NCBI GenBank assembly: GCA_037447605.1
Contig: CM074804.1
Span: 682,001-746,000, forward strand
Direction: 5' to 3'
Source: Zygnema circumcarinatum SAG 698-1b
Lineage: Eukaryota > Plantae > Zygnematophyceae
Length of the DNA: 64,000 nt
In this document: piece by piece, positions 32,820 through 46,059 of the stretch
Layout: each line of letters opens with the position of its first letter
Position numbering within the stretch: position 1 is the stretch's first letter
The notes under the pieces: model-generated
The model's database searches: none
What the model saw: only the letters and a program-made list of their open reading frames with translations
What the model was told of the DNA's origin: nothing
Translations under genes and position numbers: made by a program

Positions 32820-35469
32820 ATGGCGGCTTCGTTGACCGTCCAATGCTCAATGACCTCCTCTGCAATTCAGCCTTCGTTTCCCCCGAGGACGCCTGGCTTC
32901 CGCCTCTCGCCGCAGCGCTCTCCTGCTGCGCTCATCGGAACCTTTGTGTCTGCAGGAACTCAACAATCAGGTCGTGCATTCGCTTCAACCATAAGACGCG
33001 CAGTTATAACGTGCCATGGCTCTGAAAGCCATTCAGGCAAGCCGGTCCCTCACTCGCATAGTCATAGTCATAGCCACAGTCATCCACAGCAAGTGGGCAA
33101 CGTTCCGTTGTCAGCGCAGAATAATGCTGAGCACGTGGAGATAATGCATGCGCGTGACGCAAACCTTGATTCTGAGAATGGGCAACGCAATCAGCATAAG
33201 GAAATGCGCAAAAACTCTATCGTGCAACTGGAAATAACTCATACTCACAAGTCACATGCACACGAGCTTCATCTTCATCTTCGTCACCCCAATATGCAGA
33301 AGGCAATGTCAGAAAAAGGCTCGTCGGAGGCATCAGCTGGTTCTTATGAGGGCAACGGCAATGGACATCATCATCGTCATCATGACCATGATCATCAACA
33401 TATGCATGACCATCACCATCACGCCCATCACGACGATCAGGACATTGAACGCCACAGCCACTCCCACAGTCATCTTCACAAGCATTCAAACGAGGTTCCC
33501 TCAAAAAACAATTCATCCGATTCAGAAGGCAAGCACGGGCACGGAAGTCTCGAACCAGGCAGCAGAAATACCCAAAAACATAATGGAGGCTCCATTACCT
33601 TCGCAGTCTCCAGTCAGTGGCGGCCGAGGAATGAGCCCATGGAACGAGGAGCTGGTGCTGGAAAGGTGCTCTTTGTGGATGCTTACACGGCAGGTGTAGC
33701 CGGAGACATGATGGTGGCTGCTCTCCTGGACCTCGGTGTTCCATGGGAGGTCCTTGCCGACGGACTGCAGCACTTAGGGCTCGGAAAATGCCGCTGTGAG
33801 GTTATTCCGACAGAGCGTTCCGCCATTGTAGCAACCCGGTGAGCAAGGTTCCCCCTTTTTTTGTTTCTTTTAGAAGTTTCACATTAGAAACAGAGGCTTG
33901 AATCTCAAAAATTGGCTGCAAGAGTGCCTGCAATATTGAGCAGCTACGGGCTGGTTTACTTAAATCTTTAGCTCCGTTAGAAGGTTGACTCGGGGAGATC
34001 TTTCCAGATTTGGTCGCCACATACTCTCTACTTTTTGGATTCAGGATGTTTAAGTATTAGACGTGTCCCACACATCGTAAATGGATTGGGACAAGTTTAA
34101 GTTGTTGCCTTGCAATGTGAGGATATGGTAAAGTCGAGTAATGCCTTAGGATAATTAAAGGGACCTTTGGTGTCTTTAAACGAAGCTACAGCCGTAGTAA
34201 TATGTTCTGAGAGACCTTCCTTCAAGAAGTATTGCCTCCTGTATTCTTAAGCATGACTGATCTGGTATTCTGTGGTCTGCAACGGTGTATTTTTTTGCAT
34301 ACTAAGTCAGTTCATGGTTGTATGGTGGCTCTATGCCGGCCAGAATCTTGAGCTGCTTGTTGCCGCGAGGCACTTTTCACGTGTGGCAGGTTCATAGTGA
34401 AAGAAGACTCACCGCAGCCTTTTCGTGACTATTCTGTTATTCAGCAGATGCTGGAACATTCTGGACTGCCAGCAAGCGCCCGTGGCATAAGTGAGAAGGC
34501 CTTCCGACTTTTGGCAGAGGCAGAGGCTGCAGTGCATGGAGTGGACGTCGACTCAGTGCATTTCCACGAGGTGATCCTCACTTGTTTGTATTTACTGCTT
34601 TCGAAAAACTTCCCCTTGTTATCTTAGCTTCTACAATCATTTCTTTTGTTTATTGGGATGCCAAACGATTTCCGTCTCCGAATTAAGAACTTGCAAGTGG
34701 TAACGTGTGGAGTGTCCAAATTCGCTGGTGTACGTAAAATGGGATGTTCTTGACCGTAGGAAGTTCCATGGTCTTGCATTTGGCAGCGCTTCATTTAGCG
34801 TTACCTCTATGCTTCAAGCGAAGTAGTGTATAGTCAGTGAGAGCTCAAGTTTGCGTGTGATTCTCGTCCAGACTTGAAGGTACAGCCGCATGTGAACGAC
34901 CTCTTGTCTGTTGTGTGTGTAGGTGGGAGCGGTAGACTCCATTATTGACATTGTGGCTGCTTCACTTGGCCTTGCCTACATTGGAGCATCTCGTATTGTC
35001 GTATCTCCCCTTCCCATAGGCCGAGGCATCATTCGAGGAGCAGCACATGGGCCCCTACCCTCCCCTGCACCTGCCACTCTTGGCATCATCTGCAGGTGAT
35101 GATGACCCTCGTTCTCCCTTCTATCTGTAGCATCCTTTCGTAAGCTCCTCTCACGAACATCTTCAAACGTATAAACCTAACAGTTTTTCGTCCGATTTCG
35201 ATTGGCTATTAGGGTTTGACAGTCAGCATTCAGGACTGATTGAATTGGGAGTAACTGAATATATGGGCAGGTGTCAACTGCCCACCTTTGATGCAAGGGG
35301 GGAGGGAGAGCTTGTCACTCCCACGGGAGCGTGCATTGTTGGAGCGGTCGCTGAGGAAGCGAGCGCATGGTGTTCTATGCGCCCCCTAAGGACTTCCTAT
35401 GGGGCTGGAACCAAAGTCCGAGTGGATCGACCTAATTTACTGCGCCTTGTATTGGGGGATCCGCTTTAA
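32820..35469 (+). CDS. larC: LarC-family (DUF111) nickel-pincer cofactor Ni-insertase homolog, N-terminal (LarC1-like) part only, with predicted plastid transit peptide and His-rich extension
   Basis: Exons 32820-33838, 34390-34570, 34923-35095 and 35271-35469 splice in frame through GT-AG introns. Motifs: LFVDAYTAGVAGDMMVAALLDLG, FRLLAEAEAAVHG..VDSVHFHEVGAVDSIIDIV, AHGPLPSPAPAT, GEGELVTPTGA, YGAGT and RPNLLRLVLG. Confidence 0.9.
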
Positions 35470-36716
35470 AAAAAAAAAACTGAATAGCGGAGGTTAGGGG
35501 GGTGGGAAAGCTTAGAGTCATGGGCTCCGAGGGCTGGCAAGGTCAGGTATTGTATTGAGGAGTCGCCGATTTGGCACTTAGGCGTAATGTATCATGTTTC
35601 TATCGTGGACCAGGGACTCCGGGAAAGTGGAGTTTTCGTTTGGAAGCTCTGAGCTTCGGTACAAAGAGGCCTTTGCCTGTGTGGAACTCCCCCTTTCCAA
35701 GAGGCAGGTTCGGGAGTTTGGAAGTGTTTCGGGGCTACTCAATCTCTCTTGTGGAAGTTGAATATATTGAATGATGAAGGCAGTCCGTCGTTAGCGCTTG
35801 CCAGCCCCTTCTCCTTATGAACTTGCCCGTCGCATTGTTTGGAGTTTGTGGCAGTTCACGTCATGACCATGCGGTGTTGACATGGAGTGACATAAATGTA
35901 TGCATGCATGCATGTCATGACGCACTACACGCATGACCTCATCAATCCATCCACCCATCCTCCGTACCACGCTCGTACGGTCGGTCACAGTCACAGAGCG
36001 CCTGCGCCTGCCGGCTGCCCACCGAACATTTCCCGACGCGCGCACCTGATGCAGTCCGTACTGATTCGTACGATACCGTACTGCGAACTTCTGGTCAAAG
36101 GTCCAACATCCCCCTCCCAGCGGCCCGCGGACTTACCAATAGAAACCCGCCACGTCAGCCAATGTAACACGTGACGATTTCCCATTGGATCATGGTCGAG
36201 CGGCCTGGCGCCGTTGCCCCTCCCTTCCTCCCCTGGCGGCGGCCCTGCGCACTGGCGGCCAGGCGCTAGGCACAGACCGTACATTGTCGGCAAGTCACAC
36301 GTGTGGAGTACAAGGCATGTACGGACGGGAACCAGCTGGCCTGACGGCGGCTCGCACCTCCCGCTCAGGCTTCCCTCTCTCGCAAAACAGCTTGCAGCCC
36401 CTCGCTCCCTGCCTCCCTCCCTCCCTCCCTCCCTCCCTCCCTCTTGAAAAAACAGTGAAGATCGCTGCGCTTTCCGGTGCATTGAGGCTTTATTCGCGCT
36501 CGTGACAGGGATCAAATCAAAATCCTTTGACCAAATATTTCGCTTGCTTCGCGTTGCAGTCACAACTCTGTCGCATTCCTTCGTTTGAATGGTTGCAGCT
36601 GCTGGAGACACTGCAAGACCTAATCATGCGGAGACCCTGAGCGCTTGCAAGCTCTATCAGCAACCCTCAGATGATCACTTTACGGCTTCAGGAGCATCAG
36701 CGGCGGCGCTTCTGTG

Positions 36717-39700
36717 ATGCTTTTGCTGCTGGATTGTGCAGATCCTCCTCCTGAGACCCCAAAATTTCCTGAAACTCGAACTAGCAGTATGAGCAACCTC
36801 CCCTCTCCCACTGGGCGGAGCAGAGACATTCGATCCCGCAGCAAGCTGACCCCGCAGGAGCGCTACCAAAGCGGATCAGACGATGAGGGAGGCCTCGGAA
36901 GCTGGACGAGCTCCAAGTCCTGGCGGAAAGGAAAGGCGCGAAAGAAGCTCATGTCGTGCCTGGGCTTAGCTCTCCTTCTTATTGCAAATGCAGCTGTATG
37001 GCTGCGTGTTTTCCGTCCTTCCTATGGCGGGGGAGGGAAGAATGAAGCGCAAGTGCATCACGTTGTGCGAGCAGAAATTCATACGGAATACGCATCACAG
37101 GATTATCAGCTTCACATTTTAGTGTTCGCAGATTTCAATTTCATGTCTGCAGATGAGCTGCCCAATGGCTGGGAGCTTTCTGCGGGAAGCACTGGGGCGG
37201 CTGGCGTTAGCAACACTTCATCAGATCCGTTTGCAAGGTGGGAGAAGGCGCTGGATGACGTCATGCTTTCCTTGATGAGCGCAGAATATGAAGGGGATCG
37301 CGTCAGCTTGACAGTTGTCGCCTGGTCGAGCGATGCACTCGGGAAGGAGAGAATGAGAGAGAAGTTGGAGAAGATTGTATGGATCAGTGGGCCAAAACGA
37401 GTGCTTTTAGGGGACAGCCTCCAGTCCTTCCCGTCTTCGAAGCTATGGTGGCCCTCCTCTCCTTCAGAGCAAGCTTTCTTCTTGAGTCTGCGATCGCGGG
37501 TGATGCCGGAGTTTTATGAGCATCTCAAGAAGTCGGTGATGAAGTCTATGGCGGCGTCGGATTCGGGGTCTCCTACATTGTATGGAATCAGCTTGCTGCC
37601 TTTGTGGCTGCTGGGATCAGGTGAGTGTTTGCCCTCATACACACAAAACTGTGTTCCTTATTGATCACCGTTGTCACCTCTCGTTGTAGTGTGCGCGTCT
37701 CCTGATTAGTACGTTCCAAGTTCGCTTCAAATGTTTTGGAATTAGCCTTGAGGATGACAATGTTCTAGCGCCGTGATTTTTTGAAAAAGGGAGTGTAATC
37801 GAAATGACCTAGATTTGCGCGCGGACTGCTGCCAACGCATTTTTTTCAGCATTTCTTGGAATCCCAATTGTTGTCGCTTCCCGATTAAAAGTAGGTTAAA
37901 GCTAAGTCTGGGTGGTTACAAAGAGGACTTGAACAGGCCAAATATTAGCCTATCAGTAACAATACTTTAGTCTTCCGTGAAAAGCAGGTGCCAAGGGAAT
38001 AACTTAGTAGAGCTGGAATAAAGCTGCATTTAACGGAAGTCGATTATAGTTTGTTGGTAAATGCCGTGTCAAATTTAAATTATAGAGAGGTTCCTTCCCT
38101 ACAATGGAGGTACTTAAATCTAATTTGTGCTTGACGCTTGTTCTACATTGGACAAGACTCATATGACAAGTATAAAAGTCAGCAAATCGATATAAGCGAT
38201 CTTCACTACTGTTGGTATTGTGTGATCATTTTTTTCACTTCATAACGAAATCGAAAAAAATTCTATATGTAACTGGTCAGTTTGGATACCAACATGTGAC
38301 ACACGGTTTTGCTGCAGGCATGAAGCTAGAGGAAGCTTCGAAAATGTCACTTCGTCGAGAAATGGGGCACGAATGCCAGCTTGTTTTTGGAACACACTGG
38401 CAGGAGCTTGTACAGTGGCAAAAATACACATTTCAGCCTCCACCTCCCCCTCCAGCAGATGATAGCAGGAAGCCATGGAAACCTATGAAAGTGTATGAGT
38501 TCAATCAAGTCTGTGAAATGAGCTGGCAGGCGGCTCTCACTTCTCTCATGCAGGCAAAAGGGGCATTCAATTTGTTCAAAGGCGCTGTTGATGGCAAACT
38601 TCTTTGCAAGTACGAAGCATCAGGGGCTAAAAAGGCAGCGATGGAAGAAATCGATAGTAGTAGTAAAGCGAGCAAGGTAAGTCGCAAGGAAAATGCCGGA
38701 AGAGAAGAGAGAAGTGATGAGAAGGTGGCAGAGATTAGTGAAGGTCACGAAAGTGAAGGAGAGAAAGGAGGGGATGGCGGAGAAGATGCTGACGCGAAGA
38801 GAAGGCGGCAGAGGAGAAAGCTGCAGCAGGAGGAGAACACGGAGTCTGCAAGTTCTCATTGGCTGACAGAGGTTCCACAGTTCAATTTGTGTGGCAAAAA
38901 GATAAGGGGAGGAACCCTTGCAACAGATAAGTCGGAGCTGAAGAAACTGATGGCAAAGATCCAGGTGCGCTACAGCGGAGATAAACTGGCCCCCCTCCAA
39001 ACAGTTCATCCTAATTAAACACGCTTTGAGAAGGATTATAAACAAGGGTCAAGTCAAGGGTGGATCTCAGTCCTTACTGCCTACGCTGAGATGCTCACTT
39101 TCTGGGAATGGCTTGCAGCAGGAAAGATGGCAAAGACTTGATAAGTTGATATTGATATTGACTGCAATGATGTATATCCTCTTCTTGGACTAGAGATATT
39201 GTGGTTCTTAGAGTCTATAGCATCTGAATGCTATGCTTGACAGATGAAACAATGATCAAGATCTTTTCATGGCAGCAGGGTCACAATGGTTTGGGCCGAA
39301 TGTGAATACACACATAAGCATTGTCTTGAGACAACGACTTAATCTGGCTGAATATTATAGAATTGAAGTCTTAGTCAATTTTTTGTAATTATGTATCGAG
39401 GCTTGTAATTGATACATTCATATTGCCGTAGTTCTTCAGGTTACCATGAGGCTTATGTTTGTCGATCGGCCTTTGGCTATTTTTCTCCGGTTCTATGGTC
39501 CGAGCAGGTGCAACATTCTGTGATTGCCGTAATGACAAGTGCGGGCTTCGATGATATGCTGGAAAATTGGCTCTGTTTTATTTCTGAACTGGGCATAGAA
39601 AACTACTTCATCATTTCTGATTCCTTGGAGCAAGCTACCAGCCTCTCCAAGCGCGGGCATTCTGCCTTTTACTTGCAACTACCTCAAAGTGGAAGTGGAA

Positions 39701-42433
39701 GTTTAGACTACGGCACGATTGGGTACAAGCAGGTGAGATCAGGGTTTCCAAATCGTGGATTTTAGAGCTGAGCGTCATTACCCAGTTTTTGAAGTTGTCA
39801 ACCATGTGATAAGTCAGAACTCTGGTTTATGTAACTTAATAGTACTGAAGGAACATTCCAAACACTTCTGAACTTCCGTCATTGAAGCAATGTTCTATGC
39901 TTGAAGCTCAAACCTTGTGCTTGGTGCTTTGTGCTCAACCCTGATGCCTACAACTTTTATGAAGTCTGAGAAACCCTAAAATCGTGTCTGTTGGGAGGTG
40001 GGTGGGGTTAACAGTTCATATTAGAAAGAACCCGAATGGTGCAGACCATCCTGCAATTGGGGTACAATGTTCTGCTGGCGGATGTGGATGCAGTCTGGCT
40101 CAGCGATCCCTTTGTTCACATGAAGAGCTCCAAAATTGACATATATGCACAGGTATTCCGCTCGTTCTGTCGTACTGCAATGCGTATTCCGTTTTACAGT
40201 ATCAGGTATTAAGAAGGGGAGGTGAAAATTTGATAATCTTTATTCCGATGTGTCGTGCTTGCTGTTGAAAGCTTTGGGATCTTAACATCACGAGAGACAC
40301 GAACAAATGTGCAGTGAAGGTGGAAGGCGAGTAGTCGTTTAATTTAAGAGTTTGCTCCATTGGTGAGGAATGGGATGGAATTGAGAAGTGGCTTTGCAGC
40401 AGCGTTGCCTGCAAAGGAAATCTCATACTGTCCTCAACTATAAGCTCTAGTTTTATGTATAGGCTAGGATGACCAGAGATGGGACGTTATATATATGTTA
40501 CTGTAACCTCTCTCCTCTCTCTGATCTCTCTCTTCGCCCGTTTTTCTTCTCCATCTCTTTCTTCGCATGTTTCATGTGGCCTTAATTCTCTTTAGTTAGA
40601 ATCGGGCGATTAGAGCCCAAGAAACTCTGGAAACTCTGGACTAAATGAAAGCCTTCCTCACGGAATTTGATGAATGGAGTGCAGCTGGAGGATAAGGGCT
40701 TTTTGTGCGGAGGGTTCCTTTATTTGCGGAGCACAAAGAAAGTGGTTAACATGTGGAACACCGTAAGCTGCACTTCCTTGAATCCAAAAGCCTCAATGTG
40801 GGTGGGAACGAGTGAGAGAGAGAGAGAGAAGAGTCGAGAGAGGGAGGGGAGGGGGGACGAAAGTGCTGCGTGTATTCACTTTCCCTAATCCACTGTCCTG
40901 TCTGTCTAACTGTCTGAGGTTGCTGGTTTCCTTAAGCCTCTGGGCTAGGATACAATCCTAGTAGTTTTTTTTTTTTTTTAAATGTGAAGGAGACATCCAC
41001 CTAGTTGAGATTTATCGTTCTTGACTGTGTCTCTTCTGTCTATTGTGGGGTTCTGGCATAGCGATGCTTTTATATCGACCGAAAAAAGTGATAGCCGTCT
41101 TTTCTACCCGTTGTTGAAGTTCAGGATGGAATTGACCTACACAATGGCACCTATGTGGGCAGGTGACCGCGATGTTTGAGAAGACGGTGAAAAAAATGGA
41201 GGCCGAAGCACCCACGAAGAAACCTGAGGAGGTTAAAGATTGGTTGAAAGTAAGGGCCCCCCTTTCTCGCTGTGGAAACTAGGTTCAAAAGCGAAGGCTG
41301 GGAGTTCTAGGTTAGGAAGGACAACTTTTCAGCTCTGCCCTGTCACACCATGCGATGGCTTCACCTCTCCCTCCTCCATGGCCCTCTCCCTCCCTCTCTT
41401 CCCCCATCCTTCCCCACCGACCAAGGAAATTGCCAACTCTAGAGTTCTGAAACATCAAATTGATCAACATTCACCCAAGAAATGTTGACCTTAATTTGCG
41501 TCCCAGAGGCTCTTAAAATTCTATCCTGCAAGTGATCCACAGCACATTTTTTGCCGCTCTTTCATCGTGTCCTCTAACCTTGTTAAATCAGCCTTCTAAT
41601 CTTATTTTTGAGGAATAGCTTTGCAGCCCTAACTGGGGGCATAGTGCGTGTATGCCAGTAACAACTTGAAAGTACAAAAGTTTGATTTCTCATCATTTTT
41701 TTTCTTTCACTGCTACAGCATTACGAGCACCTTCACGAGCAGCGCTACCTCAATTACATCGTAGGGAGGAAAGACAGCGACATTGTGGTGAAGGGTCTCG
41801 ATCAAAACCTCTTCCCAAATGGGAGGCATTATTTCGCGAGACAGAAACCGCAGAAGGCGGGAATAAATCCGGTGGTGATACACAACAATTACATTGTTGG
41901 AAAGCAGGTGAGGAAATATGTCTAGTTGGGGGGCTCTCTCTCCCATTCCTGTCCTCTGACGCTTGAAACGTCCTGCCTCCCTCTATCTGTCCACTCTCCC
42001 CGTGAGGCCCCGTCTCCTTCTCTAAGCCACTCGCTCTCGTTTGGCGAATGCGTTCAAAAGACGTCATAAAGCTATTGAGCTGGATTTAAAGCCTTCAATT
42101 CTGAATTTTACATTCAGGGAAGAAAGAGAGGAGCATATACCTGAACTGGCCATCTCTCTGAGATGGATAGTTGTCTCTAGTTGAAGGAGAAAATGGTGGA
42201 GAGTTCGAATGATTAGAAAAAAGTTCTCTGGAAGTTAAATGTTTTCATGATTTCTCACGTTCCTTCGTGATTGTGTGCAGAACAAAACGAGAAGGTTCGT
42301 GGAGACTGGGCTCTGGCGGATCGACCCCGTGAAGAAAAAATGTCTCTGCCTCAGCTGCCGAGCCAAACCAACAGCAGGAGAAACAGAGGTTTTGGGGGGG
42401 GGGAGGGAGAGAGGGAAGGAGGGAGACAGATAG
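36717..42433 (+). CDS. Type II membrane two-domain protein: degenerate GT-like domain plus C-terminal nucleotide-diphospho-sugar transferase (GT77-type) domain
   Basis: TM segment LGLALLLIANAAVWL. C-terminal exons give MLENWLCFISELGIENY, LGYNVLLADVDAVWLSDPF (DxD), LCGGFLYLRST, LDQNLFPNG, VVIHNNYIVGK and KTRRFVETGLW. The start may be 36789. Confidence 0.75.
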
Positions 42434-43865
42434 GTGAGGCGATAAGATGCGAGAGAGCTTTCTTCAAGCAGCCGCAAGGTGCCCGGGAAGCAGGTGCTGC
42501 CAAAAGGGCAGCCATGCCGCCGTCCACGAATGGTGGTTTTTCTTCTCAAATGTGTACAGCTTCCTCAGCGATTTATTTTATTGGTTGACGGTTTTCCATG
42601 TAGACTTAGTTAGGGTGGGCTCTCTCTTAGGGGCCCGAAAGCGGAGTGGACCCCCAGTGCATATAGTCAGAGCCAGTAGAAGGGGCGAGCTTTCAGCGCA
42701 ACTCATGCCAAGTTGACGAGAAGAGGGACGAGCCTTTTCTTCTCAATAGGGGGCAGATAGTAGTGAATAAATTATGTGCTTTTCTCCAAAAATTGGATGT
42801 CTGGAAAGGTCCATTTCCTTCGGCTCCTTTCTAGTAGGGGGTTCCAGACTTTGGAGAAACACATTTTTGGAATTTCAACCAGTACACGCTTTCTCGAGTA
42901 GGTAGTAAATGCGAGATACAAAGTACTTCCTACAAAGCAGATTCCATATGGTTTTTGAGTCTGAACACCCCCCACTGAATTTACTGTGAACTCAAAAAAG
43001 CCCTGAAATGCTAAAACCACTCAGTGGGAACCGGAACCAAACTGAACTTTGATTTTTCTGGGGTCCAATTACCAGACAAGGGATACTGCCAAGAGCGTCG
43101 TCCAATGGCAATCTGCGACTTGTAGGAAGCCGAATACTAGCAGATCAAATTTAGGAGAAAGCCCATATGTGATTCAGGTTCAACCTTGAAATGCCTTGGC
43201 TTTTTTCAAAATTTTCATCCATTCCCACACCATTCCCACTTACTCCACATGAGGAAAAGAAAAAAATGCAAAAGAATTGCCGCTAAAACGCTTTCAAAGA
43301 ACAACGCCACTAAGCAAACACTGCGTGGAAAGGCCCATAGTGAAGCCCTATTATCGTACAACAGACAGATTTGCTACTCACACCAGCACCCTCCCTGTTC
43401 AGTATCTAAATGAGCCCTCAACCCTAGTGGAAATGATTCCTGAAGGGTGATAGTCGTTGTCTCCATCAATTTCTCCGCCTCCCCCATCCTTCCATCGTTC
43501 ATCTCCTCATAAAGGGAACCCTGACTTCCACTACCTACGAACCACTACTAACTTTTCAAAATCGCCTTATGACAAATACATGATGATACATTGACTACCG
43601 TTCTTGGAAAATTCCGACTGATTGTCCCACTGAGCATGAATCGCTGGTGGACGACAGCTTCACTGTGATCCTCCTTTATTAATCCGCAGCTCCACTACTG
43701 ACTGCCGGTACCTATCTCAGTCCATTCTGCCTCATGCCTTTCATAGCACAACTTTTTCCTCAGAGCATCCGTCCGCGAAGTCCGACTACATCAAGAAGAC
43801 TCTTCTCACACATATTCCCATTATCTACAAATCCTCGAATATGCACTGAGAGACCTCCTCTCCCT

Positions 43866-45907
43866 TCATCCTGCAAGGAGCACTTTGGCATGCTGCCCAG
43901 GTTTGAAAGTTTCCTCCACTGCCACTTTGTACTCCGAAAGGTTGAACACTTTTCCAACGGGGGGCACCATCACTCCCGCCTGCAGCAGTCCCATAACTTG
44001 TCTCCCTAAGGCAGCTTTCTCTTCTACAGTTCCATGCTTTCCTTCCAACCAACGTGCAAGAGAAAATCCCTCAAGCCGTACACCTCTGCATTGCACGAGG
44101 AAGCCACAACTTTTCCATGAATATCATAAATGTTGTCGTCTGAAAACTAGAGACAACACTTCGTATATCAATTCCAAAGCTAGCAGGGCCTCCTGCATTC
44201 ATTCTCTTCAAACCTAGGGGGCTACAGCATACACTCCATTCGGCTGAAGAAACTTCACCTGTGAAGCAAGTCTGCACTTCCAACCGTGACATCCGGTCCT
44301 CCAAGCCATCCGTAAAGCATAACGGTTCCTTGTTTCCTCACACACCGTGCAAGAAGGGCGCTCATGGTTGGCCCACCAACTGGATCCACCGCCGCATAGG
44401 CGCCCCTCCCACCTGTTATTTCCATAACTCTAGTTGACGTGTCCTCATCTTCAAAAGGGATCACCTGAAAGGTCGCGTTTGAGCATATCAATAAGCCAAA
44501 GCAGCAAACTGGGTTGTAAGTTCAGAATCGATGCTTAACTAATCTCCTTTTCTGCATAGGTGAGGGGCATTCATGGACCGATCAGCATCCTCTGTCATAT
44601 TCTTGGCATCATTCTTAGCTACTACGACAAGGATGTTTTCCTCAGCACTCTATTGATTACTAAAGTGGCACTCTAGCTGTTATAACCTTGCAGACTGTTT
44701 GGTTTACCTCATCTGCTCCCAGGGCGACAAGCTCAGCCACGAGTCGGTCACTCCGCCTCCGAATCAAGTTGATGGTTTTGAGTCCCTGGCTGTGGGCATA
44801 CTGAATGAGCTGCCGGCCCAGCGCCAAACCTGCTGCTGATTGGAGGAGATACCCTCCCTTTGGAACTTGTAGCATCTGCAAATGGTAAAATAAGCAGAAA
44901 TGGTTCAACAACGGAAGTAATCCACAATGGTGCAAAATATAAGGTTAGAGATTTTTTTAAGTTCAAACATGGTATGGAAAATTTTCCGCGCTGACAAGCC
45001 TTCACCTCTGAAGCCGGTACAAACGCATGGAATGCATGTGCCTGCATGCAAACTTCAGCAAGCCCTGGCTTTAAAGACTATACCAAAAATCCGTAGCGAT
45101 AGAAACTATGTGGCCCTGAGAGCTTTATGAAAGTAGAGACTTCTGAGTATCAACTCAATATAATATACGACATCGCTACAAAAAGAATGCTGCGAAGCAG
45201 CCTACATGGAAGAGTGCACAGAGGGAAATGTAGAGCAAGAATAAAAGTAGCCGCTTACATCCAGTAGCCCACAAATGGTCCAGGGGTTCACCACCGATTG
45301 CGCTGCCACCTCATCAGAAATGTCACCTGGAACCAACAACAGCTCAGCTTCATTCACTTTCACATATTCCTGCCAGGAGCCCTCTCCCTGCAGAGCACTT
45401 CTCAGGAGAATTGGAACTACTCTGTCTCCCACCTGCAAATATGACGAAAGAACCTCTTCGAATGTCGGTTCACTGCTTGCAAAACAAGGGCGAAGGGCTG
45501 TGCAAAAGGCACCAAACCAGTTTTCCATTCCAGTTCGTTCCAAAAATGCCAGACACCCAAAAGGAAAGAGATTAAGTACTCACCCTAACAGATGTCACAT
45601 TGCTCCCAACAGCTTCCACGGTCCCCATCCCTTCCTCTCCCGGAGTCAGTGGCCGTCTCTCTGAAGCCTCCCTGATGCTGGAACCGATTCGAAGGACGTC
45701 AGCAGCACTGACAGGGCGGCAGAGAAGACGAACAAGGACCTCCTCCTTCTCCAACTCCCCCGGTTTATCCTTTTGGTCATTCAAGAAACATCTGTCGACA
45801 GCAGCCCGCCATGGATCCTCCCCTGCCTGCTCTATCGAGGAACACCCCAATAGTTCCTCCATGGAAGCCTTCAGATGGACCTGCACTGCGCGCTGCCGAG
45901 ACGCCAT
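43866..45907 (-). CDS. MDR-superfamily NAD(P)H enoyl/quinone oxidoreductase (Zn-independent, ETR-like), spliced
   Basis: EVLVRLLCRPVSAADV, PGEEGMGTVEAVG, VGDRVVP, GSWQEYV, VNPWTICGLL, LLQSAAGLALGRQLIQ, LGADE, AAVDPVGG, GTVMLYG and KVLL. Confidence 0.88.
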
Positions 45908-46059
45908 GGCTGGCAGACCCGAGCTCGGGGGGCGGGCAGACGGGGGGGGGGCAAAGCGGCTCTGCAGCAAACCGAGTTTTTGATGAAAAACCAGAATCTG
46001 AAAGCTGAGTTTGGAATCTAGACGGGGGTACAAATGGACGAGACAAATACCTGCTTAAG

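Noticed and set aside
35455-35485. Programmed -1 frameshift after the larC stop (CTTTAAAAAAAA), by analogy with larC1/larC2
   Set aside because: The TTTAAAA heptamer is not phased as X XXY YYZ in the coding frame (CTT TAA), and no LarC2-like sequence follows.
27656-45907. Operon-like metabolic cluster of GT92, larC, GT77 and MDR
   Set aside because: There is no known functional link among these families and no lar partner genes in the window. Adjacency alone is uninformative in a gene-dense eukaryote.
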